Below, in pieces: positions 1 to 12,539 of a stretch of 64,000 nucleotides of DNA. The position numbers and the translations under genes were made by a program. Source of the stretch: Chiloscyllium plagiosum (lineage: Eukaryota); the NCBI RefSeq assembly GCF_004010195.1, contig NC_057749.1, positions 21,674,331-21,738,330 on the forward strand, in the 5' to 3' direction. The notes beneath the pieces were generated by a model. The model ran no database searches, was not told the DNA's origin, and saw nothing but the letters and a program-made list of their open reading frames with translations. Numbering within the stretch: the stretch's first letter is position 1; each line of letters starts with the position of its first letter.

Positions 1-2460
1 CAAATATCTGCAATAATCATACGCAAATACGTACAGTAATCACACTCAGATATGTGCAGTATTCACACTCAAATATGTGCAGTGATCACACCCAAATACC
101 GCAGTAACCACACTCATATACATGCAGCAGTCTCAGCCAAATACCAATAGTAATCACACTCGGATAAGTGCAGTAATCACACTCAAATACTTGCAATAAT
201 CACATTCGGATATGTGCAGTAATCACCCCCAAATACCTATAATAATCACGCTTGAATATGTGCAGTAACCACACTCAGATACCTGCAGTAATCACACTCG
301 AATACCTGTAATAATCACACTCAGATATGTGCAGCAATCACACTCGAATATGTGCAGTAGTCACACCCGAATACCTGCAGTAATCACACTCGAATACCTA
401 CAGTAATCACACTCAAATAACTGCAATGATCACACTTGAATACCTGCACTAATCACACTTGAAAAACTGTAGTAATCATATCTGGATACATGCAGTAATC
501 ACACTCAAATACCTGCAGTAATCATACTTGGATAAGTGTAGTCACACTCAGCAGATACCTGCAGTAATCATACATGGATAAGTGTCGTAATCACACTCAG
601 ATACCTCCAGTAATCACACTTGGATTCCTGCTGTAATCACACTCAGATACCTGCAGTAATCACACTCAGATATCTGCCAAACACATACTCAGGTTCCTGC
701 AATAATCATACTCAGATATGTGCCGAAATCACTTCAGATACCTACAGTAATCGCAATTGAATACCTGCAGTAATCACATTCGAATACCTGCAATAATCAC
801 ACTCAGATACTTGCAGATACCTGTAATAATCACACTTAAATATGCACAGTAATCACACTCAGATAATTCAGTAACCGCACTGAAATACCTGCAGTAATCA
901 CAATTGAATACCACCAGTAATCAGAGTTGAATATGTGCAGTAATCACATCTTTTCACCTGCAGTAATCACACTCACTTTAATGCAGTAATCACACTCGAA
1001 TACGTGCAGTAATCACACTCAGATATATGCAGTAATCACACTCAAATACGTGCAGTAATCACACTCAGATATGTACAGTAATCACACTCAAATTCCTGCA
1101 GGAATCACACTCGAATACCAAAAATAACCACACTCGAATAACTGCAGTAACCACACTCGAATACCTGCAGTAATCACACCTGGATACATGCAGTAATCAT
1201 ACGCATATACCGGTAATAATCACATTCGGATATGTGCAGTAGTCACACCCAAACACGTGATGTAATCATACTCGATAACTTCAATAATTGCACTTGAATA
1301 TGTGCAATAATCAAACTCAGATACCTGCAGCAATCGCACTTAAATATGTGCAGTAATCACACTCATATACCTGCAGTAATCACACTCGAATACCTGCAGT
1401 ACTCACACTCGATTATGTGCAGAATTAATATTTCGATATGTGAAGTAATCACACTCAGATACCTACAGTAATCACCCTCGAATAAGTGCAGTAATCAAAC
1501 TCAGATACCTGCAGTAATCACACTCGAATATGTGCAGTAATCACAATCGAATACCTCCAGTAATCAGAGTTGAATATGTGCAGTAATCATATCCTTTCAC
1601 CTGCAGTAATCACACTCATATAGTGCAGTAATCACACTCAGATACGTACAGTAATCACACTCAAATTCCTGCAGGAATCACACTTGAATACCTGCGGTAA
1701 TCACACTTGGATACCTGCAGTAATCACACTCAAATACCTGCGGTAATCACACTCAGATACCTGCAGTAATCAGACTTGAAAATGTGCAGTAATCACACTT
1801 GAATGCCTGCAGTAATCATACTCAGGTACCTTCAGTAATCACATTCAGATACCTACAGTAATCACACTCAAATACCTGCAGTAATCACGCTCGAATATGT
1901 GCAGCAGTCAGACTCAAATACCTGCAGTAATCATACTCAGATACCTGCAGTAATCACACTTAGATTCCTGCAGTATTCACTCTCCAATACCTGCAGTAAC
2001 ACACTCGAATATGTGCGGTAATCATACCCAGACATGTGCAGTAATCATACCCGGATATATACAGTAATCACACTCGAATACCTCCAGTAATCACAGTTGA
2101 ATATGTGCAATAATCACACTCAGATACAATCACAATTAAATACCTGCAGTAATCACACTTAAATGCCTGCAGTAATCTCACTCAAATATGTGCTGTAATC
2201 ACACTCGGATATATGCAGTAATCACATTCTGATATCTGCAATAACCACACTCAAATACCTGCAGTAATCACACTCAAAAATGTGCAGTAAGCACACTCAG
2301 ATACATGCAGGAATCATGCCAAAATATCTGCAATAATCACACTTGAATATGTGGAGTAATCACACTCAGATATGTGCAGTAGTCGGACTCGGATAACAGC
2401 AGTAATCACACTTGAATAGGTGTAGTAATTACACTCGGATACAGAAATCACACTGGAGTA
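1..2460. repeat. 23-bp minisatellite array, consensus approx. CAGTAATCACACTC(A/G)(G/A)ATA(CC/TG)TG, roughly 100 copies, open at the left edge
   Basis: Direct reading of consecutive units, e.g. cagtaaccacactcagatacctg / cagtaatcacactcgaatacctg / cagcaatcacactcgaatatgtg. Two interspersed unit variants end in -tacctg or -tatgtg. Confidence 0.95.
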
Positions 2461-2799
2461 ACCACATGTAGTAAACTAGACGCCTCCATCACATTCCTAT
2501 GCGAGGTTAAACTGGACGCCTCTACCACATTCCCAGGTATGGTTAAACTAGAATTAATTAAAAGAGATTATATTAATGAGGATTGTTATCAAAGGAGACA
2601 ATGTTAAAATATAGGATGTTAACTGGGATGATGTTATCTGGATGGTTTTAAAGGGGAAAACATTAAATGGTACAGGGTTTACACCGACGTAGTTAATAAG
2701 GTTGGGTTTGAAGGATATTTGTGATGGGGATTAGAATTAGTTAGGGGTTTGTTTTTGACTGGCACATGTGACAACACTATGGTTTTGGGAGGTGTATTT

Positions 2800-4650
2800 T
2801 GAAGACAGGTTTTGAGCTGTAGATTCCAAGCTGATGAATCAACAAAATTCAGTCCATCTTCATTAGTTTTCAGACATGAGGTGAGAAGGCAACTGAAATT
2901 AATCATGGGAAAAGTGATAAGGCACTGTTCAGAGACCATATATTTGGACTGTGTGTCAAATTTTAGGTAAAAATTAAAAAGCGCGGGTGAGTTAGCTAGA
3001 CAGTATTTGAAAGTGACATAGCATGTGATAAACCAGGAATCAGACAAGAAATCAAAAATTCGTAGTTTCACTAGAAGAGATGAAGTGTTAATGTTGATGA
3101 AGTTTTCAAAGTAGGGTTCAGTGGGCCTAATCAAGCCAAAAGGAAATTAAGTAAGGTGAATTATTTGATAAGGACACGAGATAGAAGGAAATCTCACAGA
3201 ATGTGTCAATCAAATATGCTCAAATGGTATTTTGAAATGGAAGGAAAACAAAAGGAGAATGTGTTATTGCTTACCACTTAAATTGGATAATGACAAAGTT
3301 CTCCAAAATTGGGGTAAATCTTTGAGTTACTTTCTAGAAGCAAATTGAAATGACCCAAAAAATGTATTATAGTCACATGGACAGATAGGTGGGAATAAGC
3401 CAGAAAGTACTAATATGAATATGTATGATGTAGTGATAGGAAATGCTGTTCCAATTAAGCAACATCCTTATATCCTTAATTTAAACTTAAAATTAGCACC
3501 GATTCAAGAAGAGATTGAAAGCATGCTCAAACATGATATAATTGAAGTGAGTTGCAGCAAAGGAACTCACCCAAAGTGAGGATGCCAAAACCAGATGGTA
3601 CCCAACATTTATGTGTTAATTACCACAAAGTCAATGCAGTTACAAACACTGAATCATATCCTTTTCCACAGCTGTATTCAGAAGGTGGGACAAGCAACTG
3701 CTATTCCTAAATTGGACTTACTCAGAGGATATTGGTTAGTACTTTTATCTGAGAAAGCAAAGGATATTTTGGCTTTCGTGACAACCATACCAGTTTAAAA
3801 TCATACTATTTGGAATGATAAATGCACCAGCCACATTTTAAAGACTAACCAATACAGTTATTTTGGGATTACCCACTGGTGTGATGTATGTCGACAATCT
3901 GGTGATTTTCAGTCACGCGTGGAAAGAACATTTGGAGCGTCTGTTGATATTGATCAATTGCGTTCAGAAGGTAGGCTTGATGATAAACCTGGCTAAGAGT
4001 GAGTTTGCAAAAGCCCAAGTCATGTTCCTGGGCTATCTTATTTAATAAGGACAGATGGCCCCATGGAATGTGAAATTAAAGGTTATTTGGAAGTTTCCCA
4101 CACCATCGACAAAGAGGGCAGTATTAAGATTCCTGGGACTGAGTAGCTTCTCTCATAAATTTGTACAGACTGGTTGCTTCACTGACTGAGTTACTGTAGA
4201 ACATCTCAGTGTACGGTAGACTTTCAGAAGGCATCTGTAAGCCTGAAAGCCACGTTAACCACTGTCCCAGTATTAACTACACCTGATTACACAAAACCTA
4301 TTAAGGTGGCTATCAATGTGTGTTATGTGGGTATTGGTGCTGTACTCTTACAGGAAGACGACGAGAAGATGGGAAGACCTAGCAAGTATTTTTTTTCCAG
4401 AATGTTGAATATTCATCAACAAAAATATTCCACAATTGAGAAGGAGATCTTTTTGGTGTTGACGGTGCAACATTAATGTTGCTAGTAATGTGTCTGAGAC
4501 AATTGTATATACTGATCCTAATGTTTTTGGAATATTTCAAGATAAAAGTACCAAGCTGTTTAGATGGACTTTATTGTTCCAACCATTTAATTTGAAGATT
4601 ATACACGTGGCAGGATGAGAGACTGGATTTGCATTGACATGACTTTGATG
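2800..4650 (+). mobile_element. Degraded Gypsy/Ty3 LTR-retrotransposon pol region, order integrase C-terminus, RT, RNase H (Gmr1-like)
   Basis: Integrase-tail-like STKFSPSSLVFRHEVR (~2840) and KLSKVNYLIRTRDRRKSH (~3145). RT motifs PIKQHPY (3451), KLDLLRGYW and YVDNLVIFS (YxDD site). RNase H-like VGIGAVLLQED, YSTIEKE and VYTD. Many stops and frameshifts. Confidence 0.85.
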
Positions 4651-4834
4651 AAGGAAGATATCAATGTTCAATGGTGGTGGAAAAAGCAAATTGAGTTTTG
4701 CACGTACTGCAGTATTGCACGTACTGCAGTATTGCGTGTTTGCATGCTTAGAGTCAATGTAAAGTAATGTATTGTAATGGATTGATAGCATTAACAAAAA
4801 ATTCAATGAAGCCATCTTTGTATATTGATTCTTT

Positions 4835-5250
4835 AAAGGGGCAGGTGCGATGACGCTATGGCTTTGGGCGTTGTATTTTGTCCTGGGTTTTTTTGAAAGG
4901 AGGTTTCGAACTAGAGGGGAAAAGCTATCTTTTCCAAAACCAACAAAGGCCTTGAGGATATTTTGAAAGTAAACACAGTAGAAGTTGCATGACTGAGGAG
5001 GATTAAGATGAGAGTGGTGCTGGAAATGCACAGCAGGGCAGGCAGCATCCGAGGAGCAGGAGGAGCGACGTTTCGGGCAGCAACCCTTCATCAGATTCTG
5101 GATGAAGGGCTCCTGCCTGACCTGCTGAGCTTTTCCAGCACAACTCTAATCTTGACTCTCATCTCCAGCATCTGCAGCACCCACTTTCACCTGAATGAGT
5201 CGAGTCAGGGTCCCACTGAAATAGAGTTTTACTTCAGCTTTCAGTAGTTG
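4835..5250 (+). mobile_element. Polypurine tract and start of the putative 3' LTR of the Gypsy element, interrupted by later insertions
   Basis: Purine tract aaaggggcagg at 4835-4845 is followed by TG at 4846, shortly after the RNase H remnant. Confidence 0.5.
5005..5190. mobile_element. Fold-back hammerhead-bearing short element (family A, Penelope-like pLTR derived)
   Basis: Arms gtgctggaaatgcacagcagg...ggcagcatcc and cctgacctgctgagcttttccagcac. Minus strand reads CTGATGA-agggttgctgccc-GAAA-cgtc at ~5066-5094. Confidence 0.75.
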
Positions 5251-8110
5251 TAGAACATAGAACGTAGAACAATACAGCACAGCAGGCCCTTCGGCCCTCG
5301 ATGTTGCGCCGACCTGTGAACTAATCTAAGCCCATCCCCCTAAACTATCCCATCATCATCCGTGTGCTTATCCAAGGATTGTTTAAATCTCCCTAATGTG
5401 GCTGAGTTAACCACATTGGCAGGTAGGGCATTCCACACCCTTACCACTCTCTGCGTAAAGAACCTGCCTCTGACATCTGTCTTAAATCTATCAGTTTGTA
5501 GCTATGCCCCCTTGTACAAGCTGATGTCAACATCCTAGGAAAAAGGCTTTCACTGTCTACCCTATCTAATCCTCTGACCAGCTTGTATGTCTCTATCAAG
5601 TCCCCTCTTAGCCTTCTTCTTTCCAATGAGAACAGACCCAAGTCTCTCAGCCTTTCCTCATAAGACCTTCCCTCCAGGCCAGGCAATCCTGGTAAATCTC
5701 CTCTGCACCTTTTCCAATGCTTCCACATCCTTCCTGTAATGGGGCGACCAGAACTGTACACAATATTTCAAGTGCGGTCGCACTAGTGTTTTGTATAGTT
5801 GCAGCATGATATTAGCTCCGGAACTCAATCCCTCTACCAATGAAACCTAACACAACTTATGCTTTCTTAACAACACTGTCCACCTAGGTGGTAACTTTCA
5901 GGGATCTATGTACATGGACTCCAAGATCCCTCTGCACATCCACACTACCAAGAATCTTTCCATTGACCCAGTACTCTGCCTTCCTTTATTCATCCCAAAG
6001 TGCATCACCTCACATTTAGCTGCATTTAACTCCATTTGCCACCTCTCAGCCCAATGCTGCAGTTTATCCAAGTCTCCCTGCAACCTGCAACACTCTGCCA
6101 CACTGTCCACTACTCCAGCAACTTTAGTGTTGTCTGCAAATTTACTAATCCATCCACCGATGCCTGTGTCTGAGTCATTTATAAAAATAACTAACAGCAG
6201 TGGTCCTAAAACAGATCCTTGTGACACACTACTAGTAACGAGACTCCAGGATGAATATTTTCCATCAACCACCACTCGCTGCCTTCCAGAAAGCCAGTTT
6301 CTAATCCAAACTGCTAAATCACCCTCAGTTCCATGCCTCTGTGTTTTCTCCCAACAGCCTACCATGTGGAACGTTATCATAGGCTTTACTGAAGTCCATG
6401 TACACCACGTCAACTGCCCTACCTTCACCCACATGCTTGGTCACCTTCTCAAAAAACTCAGTGAGGTTTGTGAGATATGACTTGCCCTTGATGAAACCAT
6501 GTTGACTATCTCCAATCAAATTGTTGCTTGCTAGATGATTATAAATCCTATCTCTTATAATCCTCTCCAAAACTTTTCCTACAAAGGACGTAAGGCTCAC
6601 TTGTCTATAATTACCTGGGTCATCCCTATTGCCCTTCTTGAACAAGGGCACAACATTTGTAATTGTCCAGTCTCTGGTCCAACACCTCCTCCCTAGCTTC
6701 CCAGAGAGTCCTCGGATAAATCCCATCCGGCCCAATGGACTTATCTACTTTCACTCCTTCTTAGAATTGATAACACCTCTTCCTTACTAACTTCATTCCT
6801 TTCTAGTCTAATATCTCATACCTCATTCTTCTCTTTTACAATATTCTCCTTTTCCTGAGTGAAAACTGATGAGAAATATTCATTTAGCACCTCTCCAATC
6901 TCCACAGGGTCCACACACAACTTTCCACTTCTGTCTTTGACTGGCCCTATTCCTACCCTAGTCATCCTTTCATTCCTCACATATCTTTAGAAAGCTTTAG
7001 GGTTCTCCTTAATTCTATTTGCTAAAGACTGCTCGTGTCTTCTCTTTGCTCTTCTTAATTCTCTCCTTAAACCCTTCCTAGCTAATCTGTAACTCTCCAT
7101 CGCCTCATCATCACATAAGCCTCCTTCTTCCACTTAACAAGAGATGCAATTTCTGTAGTAAACCACGGTTCCCCTAACTTATCACTTCCTCCTTGCCTGA
7201 CAGGGACATACCTATCAAGGACAAGCAATATCAGTTCTTTAAACCAGCTCCACATTTTGATTGTCCCCATCCACTGCATTTTGCTACCCCATTCTATGTA
7301 TCCTAAGTCTTTCCCCCATCTATAACTCTTGACCTGTGGCATGTACCTATCCCTTTCCATCACTAAACTAAACGTAACTGAATTATGGTCACTCTCTCCA
7401 AAGTGCACACCTCCCACTAAATCAAACACCTGGCCAGGTCCATTACCAAGCACCAGATCCAGTGTGGCCTCCCCTCTTGTCGGCCCTTCGACATACTGTA
7501 TCAGGAAACCCTCCTGTACACATTGGACAAAAACGGATCCATCCGACATACTAGAGTTATAGCATTTCCAGTCAATGTTGGGGAAGTTAAAGACCCTGTC
7601 ATGACCACCCTGTTCCTTTCACCCCGACCCAGAATCATTTTGCCGATCCTCTCCTCCCCCTCCCTGGAACTCTGCGGAGGCCTATAACAAACTCCAAGTA
7701 GTGTGACCTCTCTTCTCCTGTTTCTAACATCAGCCCATACTACCTCAGTAGACGTGTCCTTGTCAAAAGTTCTTTCAGCCACCATTATATTATCCTTGAC
7801 TAATAAGGCCATACCTCCCCCTCTTTTACCATATTCCCTGATCTTAATGAAAGATATAAACCCTGGAACCTGCAACATCCATTCCTGACCCAGCTCTATC
7901 CATGATTCAGAAATGGCCACAACATCGAAATCTCAGATACCTACCCATGCTGCAAGCTCACCTACTTTGTTTTGGATACTTCTGGCGTTGAAATAGACAC
8001 ACTTCAAACCAGCTTGCTGTCTGCCAGCACACTCCTGTGACCGTGAAATCTTGTCCATGCCCTCCCAACTCTCATCCTCCTGTCCACTGGAACTATACCT
8101 CAGGTTCCCA
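5250..8110 (-). mobile_element. CR1-clade LINE (HER1-like), nearly complete but disrupted ORF2 (APE endonuclease + RT) with 3' microsatellite tail
   Basis: ORF-track fragments: LKCVYFNARSIQNK, ISESW..GKRGGGMALLVK..GVCYRPP (endonuclease); VPLFKKGNRDDPGNYRQVSLTS, QHGF, DVVYMDFSKAYD, QGSVLGPLL, KFADNTK (RT); LGLFSLERRRLRGDLIE. The tail reads (tagaaca)n on + at 5250-5270. Confidence 0.95.
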
Positions 8111-8309
8111 TCCAGGTTGGGGTTTTGAAGTTGGTTGTGCAAGTTGCCATACCTACGTCTCTGCCAGAATTTTCTCAAGATGTTCTTTCCTCTTGGACTG
8201 GAGAAACATTGCATGTGAGACCATCTATTATACTGAATTTACCTTTGCCAAGGGTGTGTTTATGGGATGTTACTGGGCATCGCATAATTGGAACAGTTAT
8301 TGCTTATAG

Positions 8310-9130
8310 TTATAGAGTGATAGTGTCCGACAGCACAGAGATGACCCTTTGGCCCAAACTGGTCCATGCCGACCAAAATGTCCATCCACACTAACCCCAT
8401 TTCCCTGCACTTGGCCCATATCCTTTTAATCCTTTCCTATCCATGTATTTGTCAAAATGCCTTTAAAATGTTGTTAATGTACCCGCCTCAACCATTTCCG
8501 CTGGCAGCTCATTCCATATGCATACCACCCTCTGTGTAAAAAAAATTGCCCCCCAGGTTCCCTATTATTCTTTCCCCTCTAACCTTAAACTGATGCCCTC
8601 TCATCCTCAATTCCCCAACCCTGGGAAAAAGACTGAGTGCATTCACCCTATCCATGCCTCGCATGATCTTATTCACTTCTGTAAGACACCCCCTCAGTCT
8701 CCAATGCTCTAAAGAAAAAAATCGTAGCTTGTCCAACCTCTCCTTATAACTCAGACCATTGAGTCCTGGCAACATCCTTGTAAATTTCTTCTGCACTCTT
8801 TCCAGTTTAATAACATCCTTCCTATAGCAAGGTTACCAAAACTGAACACAATATTCCAAGTGTGGCCTCACCAAGGTCCTGCGTAACTGCACCATAACTT
8901 CCCAACTTCTAGACTCAGTGCCCTGACTGATGAAGGCCAGTGTGCCAAAAGCCTCCTTCACTGCTCTGTCTACCTGTGACTCCACTTTCAGAGAACTGTG
9001 CACCCGAACTCCAAGGTCCCTCTGTTCCACTGCACTCCTTAAGGCCCTACCAGTCACCATAAAACTCTTAACCTTTGATTTGACTTTCCAAAATGCAAGA
9101 CCTCACATTTATCTATATTAAACTCCATTT
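8310..9130 (-). mobile_element. 5'-truncated CR1 LINE 3' end
   Basis: QRDLGVRVHSSLKV...LVRPHLEYCVQFW and KFTRMLPGL...GHQFKVRG, followed by a typical CR1 3' UTR. Confidence 0.9.
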
Positions 9131-9790
9131 GTCGTTCAAAGTTTGTGCGAAGATTTGTAGCTCGGGTGCTCGTTGTTGTGGTTCGGTTCGCCGAGCTGGA
9201 AGTTTTTGTTGCAAACGCTTCGTCCCCTGGCTAGGCGACATCATCAGTGCTTGGGAGCCTCCTGCGAAGCGCTTCTTTGATGTTTCCTCCGGTGTTTATA
9301 GTGGTCTGTCCCTGCCGCTTCCGTTTGTCAGTTTCAGCTGTCCGCTGTAGTTGTTGGTATATTGGGTCCAGGTCGATGTGTTTGTTGATGTAGTTTGTGG
9401 ATGAATGCCATGCCTCTAGGAATTCCCTGGCTGTTCTCTTTCTGGCTTGCCCTATGATAGTAGTGTTGCCCTGTCGAATTCATGTTGCTTGTTGTCTGTG
9501 TGTGTGGCTACTAAGGATAGCTGGTCGTGTCGTTTCGTGGCTAGTTGATGTTCATGTATGCGGATTGTTAGCTGTCTTCCTGTTTGTCCTATATAGTGTT
9601 TAGTCCAGTCCTTGCATGGTATTTTGTACACTACATTCGTCTTGCTCATGTTGGATATCGGGTCCTTCGTTCTGGTGAGTTGTTGTCTGAACGTGGCTGT
9701 TGGTTTGTGTGCCGTTATGAGTCCTAGGAGTCGCAGTAGTCTGGCAGTCAGTTCCGAGATGCTCCTGATGTATGGTAGTCTACTACTGCG
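9130..9790 (-). mobile_element. Penelope-like element 3' part: GIY-YIG endonuclease plus pLTR with hammerhead motif
   Basis: ORF 9452-9928(-) contains LPYIRSISE...VVYKIPCKDWTKHYIGQTGRQLTIRIHEH, a GIY-YIG signature. Downstream, the minus strand reads gca-CTGATGA-tgtcgcctagccaggggac-GAAG-cgtt-tgc at 9211-9250. Confidence 0.9.
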
Positions 9791-10560
9791 ACCCCTAGGA
9801 GGGGGGAGTTTGACGGGATGGGGAAGCAAGGGGAGAGAGAGATGCTGAGGGGTGGAGGGAAATGCTTGGATACAAAGGTTTGGAGTAGCTCTCTGAGGAT
9901 TCCATGACCCCCTCACACTCCCCGCCACTTTCCCAATATCCAGTCTTTCAATTGCGTACGACTCATTTAATTAAATGTCCTTCCCACCTCCAAACCCACC
10001 AACAAAGTCATCAGAAGTTTCAGCCCATTAACTCTGTTTCTCTCTACACAGATGCTGCCTGATCTGCCCATTCAGCCTATTGAGTCTGCTCTAGTATTCA
10101 ATGACATCATAGCTGATCTGATAGTTCCCAACTCCATTTTCCTATCTTTTCCCTTCCTGACTAAAAATCTGTCTGTCTCAGTCTTGAGTCGACTTAGTGG
10201 CCCAGCCTTGATAGCCCTCTGTGGTAAAGATTCTCCATTCCTCCTCAACTCAATGTGCAACCCCTCATTTTGACAATCCATACCCTCCAATCCATGACTC
10301 TCCCACAATGGACAATAACTTCTCTACAACTACCCTGTCAAGTCTCTTAAGAATCTTATAAATAAGGTCACAGCCTGTTCTTCTAAACTCCAATGGGTAC
10401 AGGCCCAATCTCCTCAACCTGTCTTCATAAGTAAATCCTTCCATACCTGGCATCAATCCAGTGCATTTTCTCAGGACTGCTTTCAATGCCCAGAGTACAT
10501 TTCCTAATTCAAAATGGGACCAAAACTCTTCACAGTATTCTAGGTCTAGTCTGACTAGTG

Positions 10561-10759
10561 GAGAAAGTGAGGACTGCAGATGCTGGAGATCAGAGCTGAA
10601 AATGTGTTGCTGGAAAAGCGCAGCAGGTCAGGTAGCATCCAAGGAGCAGGAGAATCGACGTTTCGGGCATGAGCCTGCTGGATACACTTTCCTCATTCCT
10701 GAAGAAGGGCTCATGCCTGAAAAGTCGATTCTCCTGCTCCTTGGATGCTGCCTGACCTG
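10561..10759. mobile_element. Fold-back family A element with 12-bp TSD
   Basis: gtctgactagtg is duplicated at 10549-10560 and 10760-10771. Inverted arms are present, with a degenerate core ctgaagaagggctcatgcctgaaa at ~10699. Confidence 0.85.
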
Positions 10760-10804
10760 GTCTGACTAGTGCCTTGTAAGGTTTTGGCAAGACGTCCCAA
10801 TCTT

Positions 10805-11345
10805 TCTGGATGTAGGTTTGCTCGTTGAGCTGGAAGATTCATGTTTAGACATTTCAATGAGATTCCAAAAGAAGCACTGCTGGTGTTTCCTGCTTTCTAT
10901 TTATATGTTTGGTTTCCTTGGGTTGGTGATGCCATTTCCTGTGGTGATGTCATTTCCTATGGTGATAACAGATACATACAGATAAGGAAGGGCACCACTT
11001 CGACTGGGACAACATATCCATCCTAGGACAAGCCAAAAAGAGACACGCACGAGAATTCCTAGAATCATGACATTCCAACCGGAACTCTATCAACAAACAC
11101 ATTGACTTGGATTCCATTTGCCACCTCCTGAGAAAAAGAACAGGAAATGACATCACCACAGGAGATGGCATCACCAACTCAAGGAAATCCAAACATATAA
11201 ATAGAAAGCGGACACACCAGCAGTGCTTTGTCCGGAGGCTCACTGAAGATGTTACCTAGTATGGTGTCACAACGTCTGAAAATGAACCTTCCAGCTCAAC
11301 GAGCAAACCCACATCAACCTGAGCTACAAATCTTTTCAAAGCTCA
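10805..11345 (+). mobile_element. Penelope-like remnant with inverted pLTR arrangement and GIY-YIG C-terminal remnant
   Basis: 10805-10958 is an inverted copy of parts of 11140-11315. The middle translates HTDKEGHHFDWDNISILGQAKKRHAREFLES, similar to the element at 9130-9790. A degenerate hammerhead CTGAAGA-tgttacc-tagtat-ggtgtc starts at 11243. Confidence 0.8.
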
Positions 11346-11358
11346 TTCCCTATCTTTA

Positions 11359-11518
11359 CTGGAGGAAGTGAGGACTGCAGATGCTGGAGATCAGAGTCAA
11401 AAAGCTGGAAAAGCACAGCAGGTCATTCCTGAAGAAGGGCTTATGCCCAAAATGCCGATTCTCCTGCTCCTCGGATGCTGCCTGACCAGCTATGCTTTTC
11501 CACCACCACATTTTTTGA
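11359..11518. mobile_element. Family A element (partial fold-back)
   Basis: gtgaggactgcagatgctggagatcag ... ctgaagaagggcttatgcccaaaatg ... gatgctgcctgacc. Confidence 0.8.
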
Positions 11519-11864
11519 CTCCCTATCCTTATACTCCATTCCCTTTGGAATGAAGGCCAATATTCCATTTGCCTTCCCTATTACTCGCTGAGTTTCTAAT
11601 TCATACACAAGGACACCCCCCCCCCCCCAAATCCCTCTGTTCCATAACTTTCTGCAGTCTTTCCCCATTTAGATAACATTCGTCTCCTCTGATCTTCCTG
11701 CCAAATTGCATGACCTCACATTTTCGCACATTATATTTCATTTGCCAAACTTCTGCTCACTCACTTATTATCCCTCTGTAGATACATCACATGCCTTCTC
11801 ACATACGTTTGTGGCTATCGATCATTCACCTTCCTCATCCAAGTCATGATGACAGATAAACAAA

Positions 11865-12075
11865 TTTAAATTCAATTAAAAATCGGCTGTCCTAAAGGTA
11901 ACTATGTAGAAATAAAAACTCATCTGGTTCACTCATGCCCTTGTGGGAAGGTAACTGCCATCCTTACCTGGCCTGGCCTATATGTAACTCCAGACTCATT
12001 CATAGCAATTCGGGATGGGCAATACATCCTGGTCCAACCTACGAGACTCTCATCCTACGAACAGATCTTAAAAAA
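11865..12075 (+). mobile_element. Degraded DeuSINE-like (SacSINE1-like) SINE
   Basis: catctggttcactcatgccc..gggaaggtaactgccatccttacctggcctggcctatatgtaactccaga. Similar text occurs at 38170-38320. The family assignment is from recalled similarity. Confidence 0.55.
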
Positions 12076-12159
12076 CAATATTTCCTGAAATTACCCTCAA
12101 TCGATCCGATTTGAATGTGAAGGTCCCACTGTATGTGGACACCCATTGTAGGAAATCAA

Positions 12160-12358
12160 ATCAAGATTAGAGTGGTGCTGGGAAAGCACAGCAGGTCAGG
12201 CAGCATCCGAGGAGCAGGAGAATCGACGTTTCGGGCAATAGCCCTTCAAAAGGACTTTCCCGAAATGTCGATTTTCCTGCTCTTTGGAAACTGCCTGACC
12301 TGCTGTGCTTTCCCAGCATCGCTCTAATCTTGACTCTAATCTCCAGCATCTGCAGTGT
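12160..12358. mobile_element. Fold-back family A element
   Basis: Near-perfect inverted arms tcaagattagagtggtgctgggaaagcacagcaggtcaggcag / ctgcctgacctgctgtgctttcccagcatcgctctaatcttga. Confidence 0.85.
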
Positions 12359-12539
12359 CTGCCATATGAAATAGAATCCTCAATCTAAAGAACTTCATGG
12401 ACTCATAGATATTTACAGCACAGAAAGAGGCCACTCAGCCCATCATGGCTGCTCCAGAGATCTGACTGCACTAATCCCATCTCCCAGCTCTTGGCCCATA
12501 GCCCTGGAGGCTACATCAACACAAATGAATACTTGAATA

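Larger units (their letters stand above)
10060..11850 (-). mobile_element. Older CR1 LINE fragment split by three later insertions
   Basis: GFTYEDRLRRLGLYPLEFRR in ORF 10265-10486(-). The element resumes near 11520 with KANGILAFIPKGMEYK. Confidence 0.75.

Noticed and set aside
1..2460. CRISPR-like array
   Set aside because: Units are contiguous with no unique spacers, there are no cas genes, and the context is a vertebrate genome.
10590..10790. Recurrent short ORFs such as CCWKSAAGQAASKEQENRRF / SILLLLGCCLTCCAFPA as a peptide family
   Set aside because: They are translations of the family A repeat; frames are not conserved among copies.
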